The notes under the pieces: generated by a model
The model's database searches: none
Seen by the model: the letters and a program-made list of their open reading frames with translations, nothing else
What the model was told of the DNA's origin: nothing
Position numbers and translations under genes: made by a program
Part shown: in pieces, positions 12,141 to 24,250 of the stretch
How the letters are laid out: each line of letters starts with the position of its first letter
How positions within the stretch are numbered: the first letter of the stretch is position 1
Assembly (NCBI GenBank): GCA_010093605.1
Contig: MU004191.1
Coordinates: 289,397 to 342,185, forward strand
Source: Lophium mytilinum
Taxonomy: Eukaryota
Direction: 5' to 3'
DNA length: 52,789 nt

Positions 12141-14126
12141 ATGGGCATCACTATGGACGCCCCCGTCTCAAGCTCGGCCTTGTATAGTCCTCAAGGGCTC
12201 GCAACCATCTTGGGGACCCTCTTTCTAATCGTATGTGCTCATATTCGGTGCCTGGTTGATAACTTGGGTACACTATGTGCCACTGCTTGAGATGTCTCGG
12301 GAGCTGTTAAAGTTGGATATGACGCAAGGTTTAACGCCGCAAGACCTGGGCTGTCATATGCTCTTGTCAGCTAATTCTCTGGCATGGTCGAATCCTGACA
12401 ACGTCGTCTAGCAATCAACAGGGACATTCGGGTAGTGGTACATTCGTGTGTCTGAGCTTCTGATGCTAGCACCGTCCCTAGGAAGAGGGTTACTAAACTG
12501 TAATAGATACCGTCCTACTTCCTATGTATCGCTATCTACAACGTTTACTTCCACCCCCTGTCCCATATTCCCGGCGAAAAGCTCGCAGCCGCAACCTGGG
12601 GCCCCTATATCTACCATCTTGTTACCGGCGACCAAGTCAAATGGTTGCAAAAGCTCCACGCCAAATACGGCGAGGTCGTGCGCCTCTCCCCTACCGAAGT
12701 CTCTTTCATCTCCGGTGAGACGGCCTGGCAAGACGTGTACGGCTTCCGCACGGGCAAAAACAAGACCCCGCCCTACTTAAAAGACAGCGCATGGTACATG
12801 GCCTACCCGAACGGCTACCCCAGCATCGTCGGCGCTGGCGAAGAGCTGCACCAACGGCTCCGCCGCAACTTCGCGCACGCGTTCTCCGACAAGGCGCTGA
12901 GAGAGCAAGAGCCCCTCATCCAAGGTTACGTCGACCTCTTCATCAACCGCCTCGAGGAGGAAATGGCAGACGGCGCCACCGACATTGTAAAGTGGTACAA
13001 CTGCTTTACTTTCGACGTCATCGCGGACCTGACATTCGGCGAGCCTCTCGGGTGCCTGAGGGACCGCGGCTACCACCCCCTGATCAACCTGACCTTCTTC
13101 CTCGTCAAAGGCCTGGGCCTCTCGTCTACCATGCGGCGATTCCCGTCTCTCAAGCCCATAGTGGCCCGGATGATGCCGCGAGATGTCCTGCTCAAGCAAA
13201 TGGACTTCATCAAGCGCGCCTTCGGCCTCGTGAGGCAGCGCATAGCGCGCGAGACCGTCCGACCGGACTTCCTGACCCACGTCGTCCAGAACCAGGAGGC
13301 GGGGCACAAGGCGCTTGCGACGGGGGAGATTGAGTCGAGCATGGCGGTGTTCATGGTCGCGGGCAGCGAGACGACGGCGACGACGTTGTCGGGCACGACG
13401 TGGTTGCTGCTGCAGCACCCGGCCGTGCTGGAGAAGATGGTGAGGGAGATTCGGGGCAGGTTTAAGAGCGCGAGCGAGATTACGGTCGAGGAGGTCAATA
13501 AGCTGGAGTATATGATTGCCGTGTGCACAGAGGGGCTGAGGTATTATCCGCCGGTGCCGACGGGGTTTCCGAGGGTGGTGCCGAAGGGAGGGGATAGGAT
13601 TAGTGGACATTGGGTGCCTGAGGGTGTAAGTGCCGTTCTCTTTTGTCACTGCTGGGGGTATTTCAGTAGGACAGAATACAAAGTTCGACGTGGTCGATTT
13701 TTGATAGTGGATCTTTGCTGACATGTGTCCTTACAGACATCCGTGTATATCTCACAGTACCCGGCGAACCACTCCCCCCGCAACTTCGTCGACCCAGACT
13801 CCTTCGTCCCGGAGCGCTGGCTAGGAGACGAGCGGTACACTGCCGATAAGAAGGCCGTCTATTCGCCGTTCTCGTTTGGTCCAAGGAACTGCCTAGGGAA
13901 GCAGTAAGTAATATCTCCCTCGTCCAAGTTTAATATAGGGATACTTACGACTGACCACCAATACAGACTCGCCTACGCTGAAATGCGCCTCGCCTTGGCC
14001 CGAACTTTCTGGGCCTTTGACCTGGAGCTGCTGGACAAGGAGATGAACTGGATGGACCAAAAGGTGTATACCCTGTGGGAGAAGCCGCCGCTGATGGTGA
14101 AGCTTACGCCTGTTGTGCGGGACTGA
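12141..14126 (+). CDS. Cytochrome P450 monooxygenase, CYP65/Tri11-like; 4 exons
   Basis: Exons 12141-12230, 12507-13625, 13737-13903, 13967-14126. N-terminal anchor + [24 protein letters not shown]-helix AGSETT, EGLR, PERW and heme motif [10 protein letters not shown]. Subfamily assigned from motif resemblance only. Confidence 0.93.
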
Positions 14127-14901
14127 AATAGTCTATGATATAGACTGCGCGACTTGGGGGAGGATTGAGCGGGGCGTTGGTGGATCGCATTGATGTTCGA
14201 GGTTCCAAATGCCGTTTGACGGGTTCTGAGTTTCTGTGGCTGATTGGCAGACGATGGAAAGAGCAGCACCTCTTATATTAGATCGGATATTGGCGCTATA
14301 TTTCTTGACACCCGTTTGAGGAGCCCATGATGGCTTATTTGCCTGCGGCAGCGTTGTTCGTAATAAAGAGCTGTGGGTTCGTTCTTATTCTTCCATATAC
14401 GCTATAGAGCCCTAGACATTGCCCAATAGACCACTGGTGGCGTCTGATCTGCGTAAAATGTCTCCAAATTTGTGTTCGTCTGAGTTCGGGCATAGTAGCT
14501 TTTGACGCGCATTTCTGCACTTTCGATAGCTCTCTGCGGCACCTTCAACACCGTCACCTTGTTGAAAAGGACAAGTGATGCGTCTTCTGATATGTGAACC
14601 GCAATTTTTCAAATCGCTTTCGGAGCAACCGTAAGCGGTCAAGACTGCTTAGGTGCGAGGTTCAATCTGTCCAAGTCAGAACTTACGATATTGCACCTCT
14701 TATCCAAGAAGAGACCAACTTGAGACGTCCGTGGTTCATCGAAGCGGCCTGATGGAAACTGGAAAAATGCGAAAAACGGCCTTCAAGACAGAAAGCCAAT
14801 ACGAAAACCAAAAATCACGTCTCTGCAAGCCTGCGATTTAGAGCAATATTTGGCTGGATGGGAAGCCCCATCTCATGTTACGCGATGCCGCCACTGCCGC
14901 A

Positions 14902-16897
14902 TTATTCGCCATTTGGTATGTCCAGTAGCTCTTTCAATATACTCTCTGCCGTTTTTGCTTCCATCGTTCCCTCTTCGCTGCGACGAACCATCTGCCCAAC
15001 TAGGAACATTATCTTCCCGTGTTGTCCTTTTTCCTTGATTGCTTGCACGACATCGGGGTTGTCCGAGAGCAAGGTGTTGGCGGCAGCTAGATAATCTTCG
15101 CGGGACATCGGCCGAAGCGTCATGTTCTCTTCTTCAATTATCTGACGAACTGTACGTTGGTCTCCATGGAAGATTGTTGCGAGGAGTAGCTTTGCCGTAC
15201 GCCCTGTGATATGACGGCGGAGCAATTGAGATATTATGCTTGCAAGGCTCTGTGATGTTACTTTCATGTCTGACCAGACCTCCTCCGAGGTGGTGAAGAG
15301 CCCGCCAAGGTCATGAAGGACCCTATTGAAGTTCGTAAGTGTTCTGTAACTGCAATGTCGATAGTCAAGAGACAGGTCATGACTCACCAGTTGCCTGCAA
15401 CCCTGCCAACGGAGCCTTGTAGTGCCTTATCGTCTTCTAAATCCTTATGGAGCAGTTGGACTACGTCTAGATAATAATCAAGCCGCTCGCCATCGTCTAA
15501 CGCAACCATTGTCTTAGCATCCTTCATTGTAAGTCCATATTCTGCCGAGGAAACAAGCTTGCTTGCGATGTCATCAGGAAGCTTTGGTAGAGTATTTCGA
15601 AGAGCTTGAACAAGGTCCTGGATACTGTTAGCAAAGAGCCTAACATTACGACACCTTGAAACTGACTTCTCCAATTATCACAGGTCCGAGATCCGGATCA
15701 GGCATGTATCGATAGTCAATCTCTCCTTCTTTGCCTCTTAGCTTTCTCGTCTCTTTGCTCCCCAGGGTCCAGCCTCGAGTTTCACCCTCAATGATCCCGC
15801 CACCCTCCAGAACGTCAATTTGGCGATCTCGTTCAGCGACAATAGCATCTTCCACAGCCTTGAAGCTACTCAGGTTTTTGATCTCTGTCCGCTGTCCCAG
15901 TCCCGTCACGCCATAGTATGAGTTTTCTGGTCCTGTCCCAGTAGTATTATGCCTCTCCCTTACCGAAACATTCACGTCGGCGCGTAAACCGCCTAGCTCC
16001 ATACCAGCCGTGACAGCATCGATGGTTTTCAGGATTGTTTGTATTTTCCGGACGCATGCGGCGGCAGTAGAAGGATGGTGGATGTGGGGCAGGGTTATGA
16101 TTTCGATGAGCGGGTGAGACACACGGTTGAAGTCAAGGAGATGGGTGGAAGGTGGCGCTTGAATTGTCTTTGCGGTGTCCTGTTCCATCTGAATCTGCTT
16201 TATGCCTATCGTAATCGATTTCCCGTCTTCCGGAGCAATACCATCGTGGTCGAAGAGCGTAATATGGCCGTCCTTTGCAAAGGGTTCTGCGGCCACCCAT
16301 CAGCATAGCTACATGAACAATTGAGGTTTCATAGTTACCATAGTATTGTGTAATCTGATACCCGTTCGGCTGGTCTTGATAGAAGTAGTGCTTCCGATCA
16401 AAGCTGCTTTTCGGCTGAACAGTACAATTGAGGGCTATAGCAGCACGCAAGGCTGGTAACAGGGTTTCCCGCTGAAAATGAGGTTGGCTTCCAGGGAACG
16501 CAACGTCGAATAATGCAACATGGCTATTTGGCGCGTCACTACTTGCAGTGGCAGCACTAGAGAACAATTTCCGGGCGGTATTGAGCTCGGCGTGAATCTC
16601 GATTCCCACGGTTAGTTCCCACTTCTCCAGCCTTGAATCCTTGGCTTTCGACTTCTTCTTCGCAGGCTTGGATCCTCCTTCTAATTTCTGTCTTTTGGCT
16701 TCATCCTTCAGTTGCTTCCTGTACGGCGTGACCTCTTCCGTAGCTGTCGTAGTTTGGAGGGCGCGACTCTGAAGACGCAGACTCTGGGCGTTGGCTACCA
16801 ATTGGCGCCTGGTCCGGACATCGCGGAGACAGGCTTGGCACACATATCTTCCTTGAGCTGTACCGCGGATCAGAGAGCTAGAGGGGCGCGAAAACAT
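14902..16897 (-). CDS. PET112: Mitochondrial glutamyl-tRNA(Gln) amidotransferase subunit B; 4 exons
   Basis: Arg/Ser-rich presequence, [71 protein letters not shown] and C-terminal FLVGQMVR. Exons 16897-16339, 16286-15667, 15617-15388, 15322-14902. Confidence 0.96.
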
Positions 16898-17297
16898 TGC
16901 TGATGACAGGATTTGCTTGAGTCGTTGGAGCTCTAAAGTGCAAGCCGAGATGGTCTGTGCGTGAAACTCTTGTGTCGCCGCTTGGAGTCCCTCACATCAC
17001 TTTTAGGTATTTGAATGCAATGACCCTATCAGGGAATGCAGATTGAACCGAAAGTTTAACTGTTGATGAGCATTCGCGACTGTCAAGGTGCTTCCCCCAA
17101 AAACCCTCCCCCGTCCTGAGTTCGGCTTTTCTACTCTATACGACCTCGCGGATGTCAAATCATCCCCTATCTGAGCAGTTCCAGTACCTCTCTGAATCGC
17201 GACCAAGCCAATGTATGCTATCGTATGCAAGTTCATTTAGATTCAGCTCTTTCCACGTATATCAATTCATCAGAGATTTGAAACTCTGTCCACAAAG

Positions 17298-19352
17298 ATG
17301 AGTTGCACCATTTGTAATAGGTTTCAAGGGAAATATAAATTTGCTAGTATAGCTGAGTCCCATGAAGGGCGTGGCAATCGCAATCACATCGTCCCCAGAT
17401 TTACCTGGGATGAGCTGCAGATTTCAGCCAAGTCATGCTATTGCTGCAGCATTCTTGGATCTGGATGCCGCGGATGTTTTGATCTGCACGGGATCAAGCG
17501 CTCTGATATACTGCACGGAAGCCTCCATTTTTCCTACCCTAGTCATGCCGAGGAAGCGGATGAAGCGGATACCAACAAGAACTTGACGTTTTTCTTAGCA
17601 GATGGACGATGGTTCGAAGTTGAACTGTTTGCTACCGAAGACGATGACTGCCCTATCCCCGATTCTTGGGACCTCATTCCCATTTCCAGCAGAACATCGC
17701 CGCGGACCGACTCTACGACGGCACTAGTTACTATCAAGAGCTGGATTTCCTCTTGTGTCGTTACACACTGCACACCAATATCGCTTTGCGACTCTCCCGA
17801 GCTTCCATACCTTCCTACGCGAGTGGTGGACGTTGGCCTCGATGACGGGGTCATAAAGCTGATTGAAACGAAAGGCGCAATGGGCAAGTATGTCTGTCTC
17901 AGCCATTGCTGGGGCCTCACTCACGTCATCACGACTACCACATCGACTCTGGAAGCACGCATGAAGGGAATAGCTTGGGAAGACTTGTCGAAAACGTTCC
18001 AGGATGCCATAGCGTTGACCCGCACCCTAGGCTTCAGATGGATTTGGGTAGACTCATTGTGCATAATTCAGGACTCTGCGAGCGATTGGAGTATCGAATC
18101 GGCTAAGATGGCTTCCGTGTACAGTAATGGTCATTTGACGATTGCTGCGACACATTCTGCTAACGGCCATGGGGGTCTTTACTCACGCACGGAAGATGTC
18201 GAAGTCTCGGGCAAAACCCCAGATGGGGAGGACTATTGTCTTTACTTCCGGGAGAAAATCGATCACCACATTGAGATGATCCCAGCTGAGATGAAAGATG
18301 TCGCGCTTATGGTGAATCCGACCGCGACGTACTACCCTCTCCTAAGCAGAGCATGGGTGTACCAAGAACGTATGCTTTCAACTCGCGTCCTCCACTTTGG
18401 CCGGTACGAAATGTTTCTGGAATGCAGATCCAGCATCCAGTGCGAGTGCGGCTCCATCAGATTCAACGGCTCCGGTTCTGCACAACCGGTAGCTCTGATT
18501 AAGATCGAGTATGCCGACAAGCTCTCAGACTATGGGACCGACTTCGAAAGGCAAAACCATACCGAAGTTCACTACCAAGGCGCACGCTTGTGGCGCACCA
18601 TGGTCTGCAGTTATACTGCACTTCTTTTGACCAAGTCAAAAGATCGATTGCCAGCTATCAGTGGCTTGGCGAGACAAATGGCCGCTAGGAGGAAGTCGAA
18701 ATACCTAGCCGGACTTTGGGAAGAAACACTTAGCGATGACCTTCTGTGGGTGATCTATACAACGTCGAAGCAGAAGAAACCAAGGCCATATCCCCGGAAC
18801 GCGCCGACATGGTCTTGGGCGAGCGTGGAAACGTATGTTAGCTACTGGGACGAGATCCTGTTCACTGACGTGAATACTGTTTATGAAGAAAAACGACCAC
18901 CCCACACCCATTATAGCACAATCGAAAAATGTCAAGTCAATGGGTCGGCGATCGACGAATTCGGATTGATGGATCACGGTTTGCTTAAGATATCTGGCCT
19001 GGTCGCGGAGGGTGTGCTTGAACGCGATGTTGAGATACACGATGACGTGGAAAGAATCGTCCACTATATTTCCTTTCCAAGTTCGCGATTGGCTATGAAA
19101 TCGGACTACCTTTTGGATCCTGATGGCCCCGGTCAGACGAGCCCTACGACGCCGGTCTTCTGTCTTCGTATGAGCCTCATACAGCAGGGAAGATCGGACT
19201 TCTTGGTGTCCCTTGTTTTGAAGAGGTCGCTTGAGGTCCATGGTTCTTTCGAGCGGATTGGAACTCTGCTCATCTCAGGCAGTATAGGGTCTGTGGATTC
19301 AAGAGCAGGAGTATTTCAGACGGCAGAGTCACGCACCGTGGTCATCATTTGA
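17298..19352 (+). CDS. HET-domain (heterokaryon incompatibility) protein, 684 aa, intronless
   Basis: LPTRVVDV, YVCLSHCWG, KTFQDAI, WIWVDSLCIIQD, MASVYSNGHLTIAA, PLLSRAWVYQER, DRLPAISGLA, YLAGLW, APTWSWAS, FERIG. Confidence 0.93.
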   Translation: MSCTICNRFQGKYKFASIAESHEGRGNRNHIVPRFTWDELQISAKSCYCCSILGSGCRGCFDLHGIKRSDILHGSLHFSYPSHAEEADEADTNKNLTFFLADGRWFEVELFATEDDDCPIPDSWDLIPISSRTSPRTDSTTALVTIKSWISSCVVTHCTPISLCDSPELPYLPTRVVDVGLDDGVIKLIETKGAMGKYVCLSHCWGLTHVITTTTSTLEARMKGIAWEDLSKTFQDAIALTRTLGFRWIWVDSLCIIQDSASDWSIESAKMASVYSNGHLTIAATHSANGHGGLYSRTEDVEVSGKTPDGEDYCLYFREKIDHHIEMIPAEMKDVALMVNPTATYYPLLSRAWVYQERMLSTRVLHFGRYEMFLECRSSIQCECGSIRFNGSGSAQPVALIKIEYADKLSDYGTDFERQNHTEVHYQGARLWRTMVCSYTALLLTKSKDRLPAISGLARQMAARRKSKYLAGLWEETLSDDLLWVIYTTSKQKKPRPYPRNAPTWSWASVETYVSYWDEILFTDVNTVYEEKRPPHTHYSTIEKCQVNGSAIDEFGLMDHGLLKISGLVAEGVLERDVEIHDDVERIVHYISFPSSRLAMKSDYLLDPDGPGQTSPTTPVFCLRMSLIQQGRSDFLVSLVLKRSLEVHGSFERIGTLLISGSIGSVDSRAGVFQTAESRTVVII

Positions 19353-19774
19353 CCTTACCAATATCTTGATTTAATTCATCGCATCTCCCAAGGGGTACGT
19401 TGCTTGAAAGGAGATAAACTTTGATTCTTATGCTACGTCTCGTGCTAAAGCTTTTTAAGGCCTTAGAGCGATTGTACCTCCTGGTGCTAGTCGCGTTTCA
19501 ACGTTTTTCCCATAAAGCTACCTCAAGTCGGCATGTGCCCGGAATCTCAAGGCACACCTAGGTTTACAGTGACAGGCCATAAACCTATGCATACCCGTTT
19601 ACCACTACATGGGGTACCCCTATACGTTTCGTAAGTCTTGGCTCGATGTCAAGTCTCAAGCAATGCAAGTTAGACTACCCCTTAACTTATCAGCTACTTA
19701 CTAGCTAGGCTACTCCTCTCAGTGGTGTCTAGAGAGCAAGATTAGAGCCAGACAGTTCCAAATCCGTGTGTCAC

Positions 19775-19947
19775 AGGGTTTCGAAGATCTAAGGCGATGT
19801 CGATTTGCAAGCAGTGTACATTAGACTACCTCTTGTCTAGCTGGGTTCGCAGCAGCCACGCTACCACCTAAAGTGGTGTCGAGTGAGCAATACTGGAGCC
19901 AAGCAGTGATGATATCCGTGTACCCATACGTATGGCCTAGTACTGTA
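19775..19947 (+). repeat. Direct repeat copy A (~170 bp; partner at 29001-29173; partial third copy ~19626-19695)
   Basis: Colinear match such as GAAGATCTAAGGCGATGTC..AAGCAGTG..ATTAGAC..CCTCTTG..AGTGGTGTC..AGCCAAGCAGTGA..TATGGC.TAGTACTGTA, roughly 70-75% identical by eye. Confidence 0.85.
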
Positions 19948-19969
19948 CTTCCGCTGTACGCTATCGCGA

Positions 19970-21178
19970 CTACGCAATCCAATCCAGCTTCTGGAATTTC
20001 TTACCCTTCTTCGCCCTTGGGCCCCCGGGCGCTTTGCAAAGGTCGACAGAAACCTTTCCCGGGGGATCAGAATCCGATCGCGAATGCTTTGCAGGCCCAA
20101 GCCCAGGGAACTCGGATTCATCCTTCACATCGGCCTTAAAAGGAGCGGCCTTTGTGGTCAAATTTTTGACAGGCCTTGGCCCTACTGTAACAACTTTCCC
20201 GTCGACGGCCTGTCCTCTCATGTTCGTGCTCAACCACTTCTTGCAGAACCTCTTCTCATGGCCGAAGAGATCGCAATGCTGGCATCTACCTCCGACTTCT
20301 GCTGCAATAGTTTCCTTAAGCAGCGTTAGGCCCTCTTCAATATTGCAATTAAGCTCTTTGCAAACATCGGGGTTCTCTGATCGATATCGATTAACAGCAC
20401 CTCCAAGGAGGACCGCAAGCGTGTAAACAGCATCATTGGCACCGTTATGACGGTGGAGCGGCTGGATGCTGAGTCCACCCATCAACCTTAAAAGCCCCGG
20501 CTGGCGCCAGAAAGGAGATGATTCCAGGACCTGGGTGTCGAGCACTGAAACTATCGTTCCGACTTCCTCGTACGATAAGTTGATCTGCTTGAGGTACTTG
20601 TCCTCGTTCTCCCAAGCATGCGTGACTAGAACCACGTCTCGGTACTTCTTCTCGGGCTTGGACTCTGAGCCAGAGGACAATTTAGCCTCATCCTCAACGC
20701 GGAGAAGGTCGATAATTTGGTTTTTAAGTTCGTTCCGGTGCGCCCAAGTCGAGCACCCGAACTCGAACTTGTCGGCTGCGAAGAGTGGCGTGCCGTGGTA
20801 ATCTCGGCATTTGGTGCGGAGCCCGGCCGTGTCGTTAAGCCGGAAGTGCGTAGCTTCGACTTTCTGCATCCATTGGCAAAGGTTTGGGGCACCGTTACGA
20901 ATGGTACGGGTGTCCAGGGTTGCAATGCCAACTTCGGTAACATCCCCAAAGGAGGCATGGTGCTTTGGGACCCAGCTCGCGCTCTCGATGTCAATTGATG
21001 CGAAAATAGCATCTGGAAAGTCGCTGGAGGAGGTTGGGTTAGTAGGGAGGTGATGGAGTTGCAATGTAGCATAGGGGTGTACGTACATGGGTGTCGCATC
21101 TCCTTGGAGGCCTAAGATTTGTTTGAGAAGGTCTTGGCCTTCTCCTTTGGGCAATGGAACGAACGAAACCGGTGCCAT
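19970..21178 (-). CDS. QIP/Gfd2(YDR514C)-like DEDDh 3'-5' exonuclease with C-terminal CCHC zinc knuckle (copy 1, ~381 aa)
   Basis: ExoI FASIDIE, EVGIATLDTR, FEFG.S, ExoII VLVTHAWENED, LDTQ, ExoIII HNGANDAVYTL and knuckle CQHCDLFGHEKRFC. ATG at 21178; 63-nt intron 21086-21024 (GTACGT..TACTAAC..CAG). Confidence 0.85.
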   Translation of the reverse strand: MAPVSFVPLPKGEGQDLLKQILGLQGDATPMYVHPYATLQLHHLPTNPTSSSDFPDAIFASIDIESASWVPKHHASFGDVTEVGIATLDTRTIRNGAPNLCQWMQKVEATHFRLNDTAGLRTKCRDYHGTPLFAADKFEFGCSTWAHRNELKNQIIDLLRVEDEAKLSSGSESKPEKKYRDVVLVTHAWENEDKYLKQINLSYEEVGTIVSVLDTQVLESSPFWRQPGLLRLMGGLSIQPLHRHNGANDAVYTLAVLLGGAVNRYRSENPDVCKELNCNIEEGLTLLKETIAAEVGGRCQHCDLFGHEKRFCKKWLSTNMRGQAVDGKVVTVGPRPVKNLTTKAAPFKADVKDESEFPGLGPAKHSRSDSDPPGKVSVDLCKAPGGPRAKKGKKFQKLDWIA

Positions 21179-21189
21179 TTTGGAGTATA

Positions 21190-21303
21190 ACTGTTGTGTT
21201 TGTGGTGTGGTAGTGTTTGTATGTGGTGTGGGTGTATGCGGTACGGGTTTATGTGCTGTGGATGTATATGCGGTGGGTGTATGTGTGGTGTGTGTGTAGT
21301 GGG
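21190..21303. repeat. Degenerate GT/CA-rich low-complexity tract immediately upstream of exonuclease copy 1
   Basis: TGTGGTGTGG/TATGTGGTGTGGGTG-like units, read as HTPT-like repeats in the open upstream frame. Confidence 0.7.
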
Positions 21304-21647
21304 TCTGGGGAAATAGAGATAACAAGGATGGGAATATAGTTTTATAGAGTTTCTTACGTATGGATCCATGCGAAAAGTGAATTTAGGAGTTCACGTTCTC
21401 CCTGGTGAAATGAACGCTGCTGGCTTGAACTCCTGGAGCGCAGTTCGATCGAACAATGGTGAATCATCAACCTCTGACTGGCATAAAGCCACTTGGCGCG
21501 AACAAAATTCGGCCTTTGGTAGCGAAGACGTGGAGACTGTGGTACCGAGTCCTTGAGTCCCGATCTGGATATTTGGAAACTCCCGAATTGGAAAAGAAAA
21601 AGAAAAATATTATCAAAAATTACAGAATTAGCCGGCTGTCGTACTCG

Positions 21648-23811
21648 CTATACGAGCGTTATTGTATACGAGTGGAAGCCTTGTTCGTTCATTCCGTGAT
21701 ATTCTTTATACGCTTCAGAACCCAACTGGGTTTGGAGGAACGGAACCAGCTCATCCATTGGGTCATGATGACTAGACTCGTACATCCCTCGCCGACGGTA
21801 CTCTCCAGGCACACGTCCTGTTGGCTCCAGCCATAGGCCGAACATGATATCGTTCTGGTTTTCGGGCTCAGAGAATATGGGAAGGAGATCAGCCAACCCT
21901 TCTAGCTTGATGCAGAAGTCATCTAGTGAGTATAGCTGGGGGTGGGGGGAGATTGGAGAAGTTTCGATCTGCGCAAGAGTGCATGTGAGTTCAATGACCC
22001 CACTTGTGACTTGTCCGAATGGGTCTCCTCCCGCGAGCGAGGTTTGCGCGTTGAGGATGTCGATTAAAGGAAGTCGGTCTGAATCGTCGTCTCGATATCG
22101 AAATCGTAGGGGCTAGTCGACCGAAGCCCATGACCAAGAAGGCGAGCGACGGTTTCGTGAGGCGCATGGTGCCTCGTGGCAAAGGTCCGTCTGCCAGAGT
22201 AATTGCTCCGGTAGTAAATGTCGCCAGAGGCCAGCAAGATAGTTAGATCCATGTCCATAACGCTTGGCTAGCCCTGAAATAGCTACGAGCTTGTCTTTCT
22301 CGGGCATGGAGAGCTGGCACTGTGTGTACTTCTTAACCAGTCTGTACCATGAAATAAGCCTATTCAGCACATACGTAGGATCTTCGGGAGACTCGTCACT
22401 GCTATCATCATGATAGTCTAGCCAATACGATTGCAGCTCTTCCGGTTCATGTTCAGAAGCTCTAAGCTCTTTGCACCGCCAAAAGATCTGGTGTTGAGTG
22501 AAGTAAATAGTCCTTGTAGAAAGCAGCTGTTCTTGAACAACCCAAGCTCTTTTCAGCAACGGGCTCTCTTCAATGTTGTCGACCCAAGAGTCCCATCGGC
22601 TAATATGGCCCAGATATTTTGCTTCGGGCGAGGAGTGAGGAAGTGCCACGAGAAGCGGCAAAACGTGTCTCAAATTCCGGTCTGAATAGCATCCTCCACG
22701 TGCATCCGCGGCTCCAGCAGCTGCGATATTACACCAAGCATGTTCATATGTTTGATCCATCGTAGCCGACTCAAGTCTCCAGTCTTTCTCCGAATCTTGT
22801 ATAATGCACAAGCTATCAATCCATAAGTATCTCACGCTGAGGCGTCTCGTAATGTCGATTGCGTCTTTGAAAGTTGGTGGTAAATTCACCGGGTCGATGC
22901 CTTGGCGAAACTGATCAAGATTTCCAGTCGTTAGCCGTGGTGGCATATAGTCGCCCCAGCAATGTGAAAGAGTAATATACTCTGGCTTGGTCTCTAATTG
23001 TAAAACCTCTATAAGTCTGGGTTGTGCCGTAGAGTGAGTTCCTAGATCTAGAAGTCGCGTCGGTCGAAATCTGTCTGGAACTGATTCAAGAGCTCTGGTG
23101 GTTGCTTGACAGTCTTCATGCGTGGTGTTGCAAGTTTGGATCCACGTGTTGATGCAATTGAAGGAGTTTGAGCTTGCAGTGCTGCTGCTATTATCATCCT
23201 CAGCCAGCCCCAAGCCTAGATAGTCGCCGACTGAGTCATCTGTTAGAGGCCGAGTGTACCTAGTTCGTAGTTGTCTTACTCTTTGGAAGCATACCCTTTA
23301 CCTTTTTGAATCGCAACTCTGTCCTGAGGGTGTCTTCTGAATTATGAAATGCCTCGCTAATCTTCTTAGGCCGGTCTGTCTGAATGGTGTAGGAGTAGCG
23401 GAAGTCAATGATAAACCTCCCGACGTATGCCTTTCGTGGGGGCATGTAATCGACCTGTGTACATTGCCTCAGCTTTGTACGGGCACGCTGAGGAATAGCT
23501 TGCCATCTAAAGCTACAAAAAGGACATCCCCAAGTAGCGGACTCCTCAAGTTCCGCAACACTTTGAGGAAGTCTGACAAACTCGCGAAATGATGAAAAGG
23601 TACCAGGTTCAGGAAAGGATTGAACAAGTTCGATACAAATGCCGCACAATTTTGATTCTCCCCGAGAAGCCTCGGAAACGCGTTGCATCCCGTCGTCGGC
23701 CGCCCCAAGCTGGGCCCCTTCGCGATGAGACGGCACAATGGAGGCAGCTCGCTTGTCGTCTTCAGCGACGATTTCATGCATGTTTGGTTGGGTATGGTTG
23801 TGATCGGGCAT
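21648..23811 (-). pseudogene. Second HET-domain gene interrupted by one in-frame TAG at 22115-22113
   Basis: Exon 1 from ATG 23811 (LCGIC..CPFC) to donor GTATGC at 23294. Exon 2 has PTRLLDL, YITLSHCWG, YLWIDSLCIIQD, RAWVVQE, DKLVAISGLA, SPSWSWASVD*. The same frame then continues PLRFRYR..DPFGQVTSGVIEL..GLWLEPTGRVPGEYRRRG..YTITLV* to 21648. Confidence 0.85.
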
Positions 23812-24250
23812 GGTTCCGGCTTCGAAATGATAGTTTGAAGGTAATTGAAAGGATGACTTGAAGAATGGTTTTCTAGGACTTGATCTCAGCTCTGGTCTGT
23901 GAGGGGTGTTAAGCTGCGTGATTAAGCGCCTTGCACAGCCCGGTTGCTGCATGACCCTTGAGCCAATCCGAGGCTTAATGCGGGAGGCTGCCAAGATAGA
24001 CTCACGTACGCTGACTGTTATAGCAACTCACACGTGGGTGATAGTTGGCGTCTGTCAATTTTTGTTCAGAAATGGGAATGCACAGCTGGAATGGGGATAC
24101 TTGATTTGATGGTGGGCTGATATGGATTATGGGAAGGGAAACGTACAAGAAGTGAGAGAGGCTACGATCGCTATTGGTTGGAGATGCGGATGCCAGATAC
24201 TGGAGACTGGGTTTTATGCTCGGGGATGAGGCACGGCTCAGCTTGAAGTG

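Noticed and set aside
12777..13724. 315-aa minus-strand ORF
   Set aside because: Antisense shadow of the GC3-rich P450 exon; no domain features.
21179..21325. 49-codon His/Thr/Pro-rich N-terminal extension of exonuclease copy 1
   Set aside because: It starts at a non-ATG codon and arises from a CA-rich tract. The paralogue's start aligns with ATG 21178 (same 92-nt first exon).
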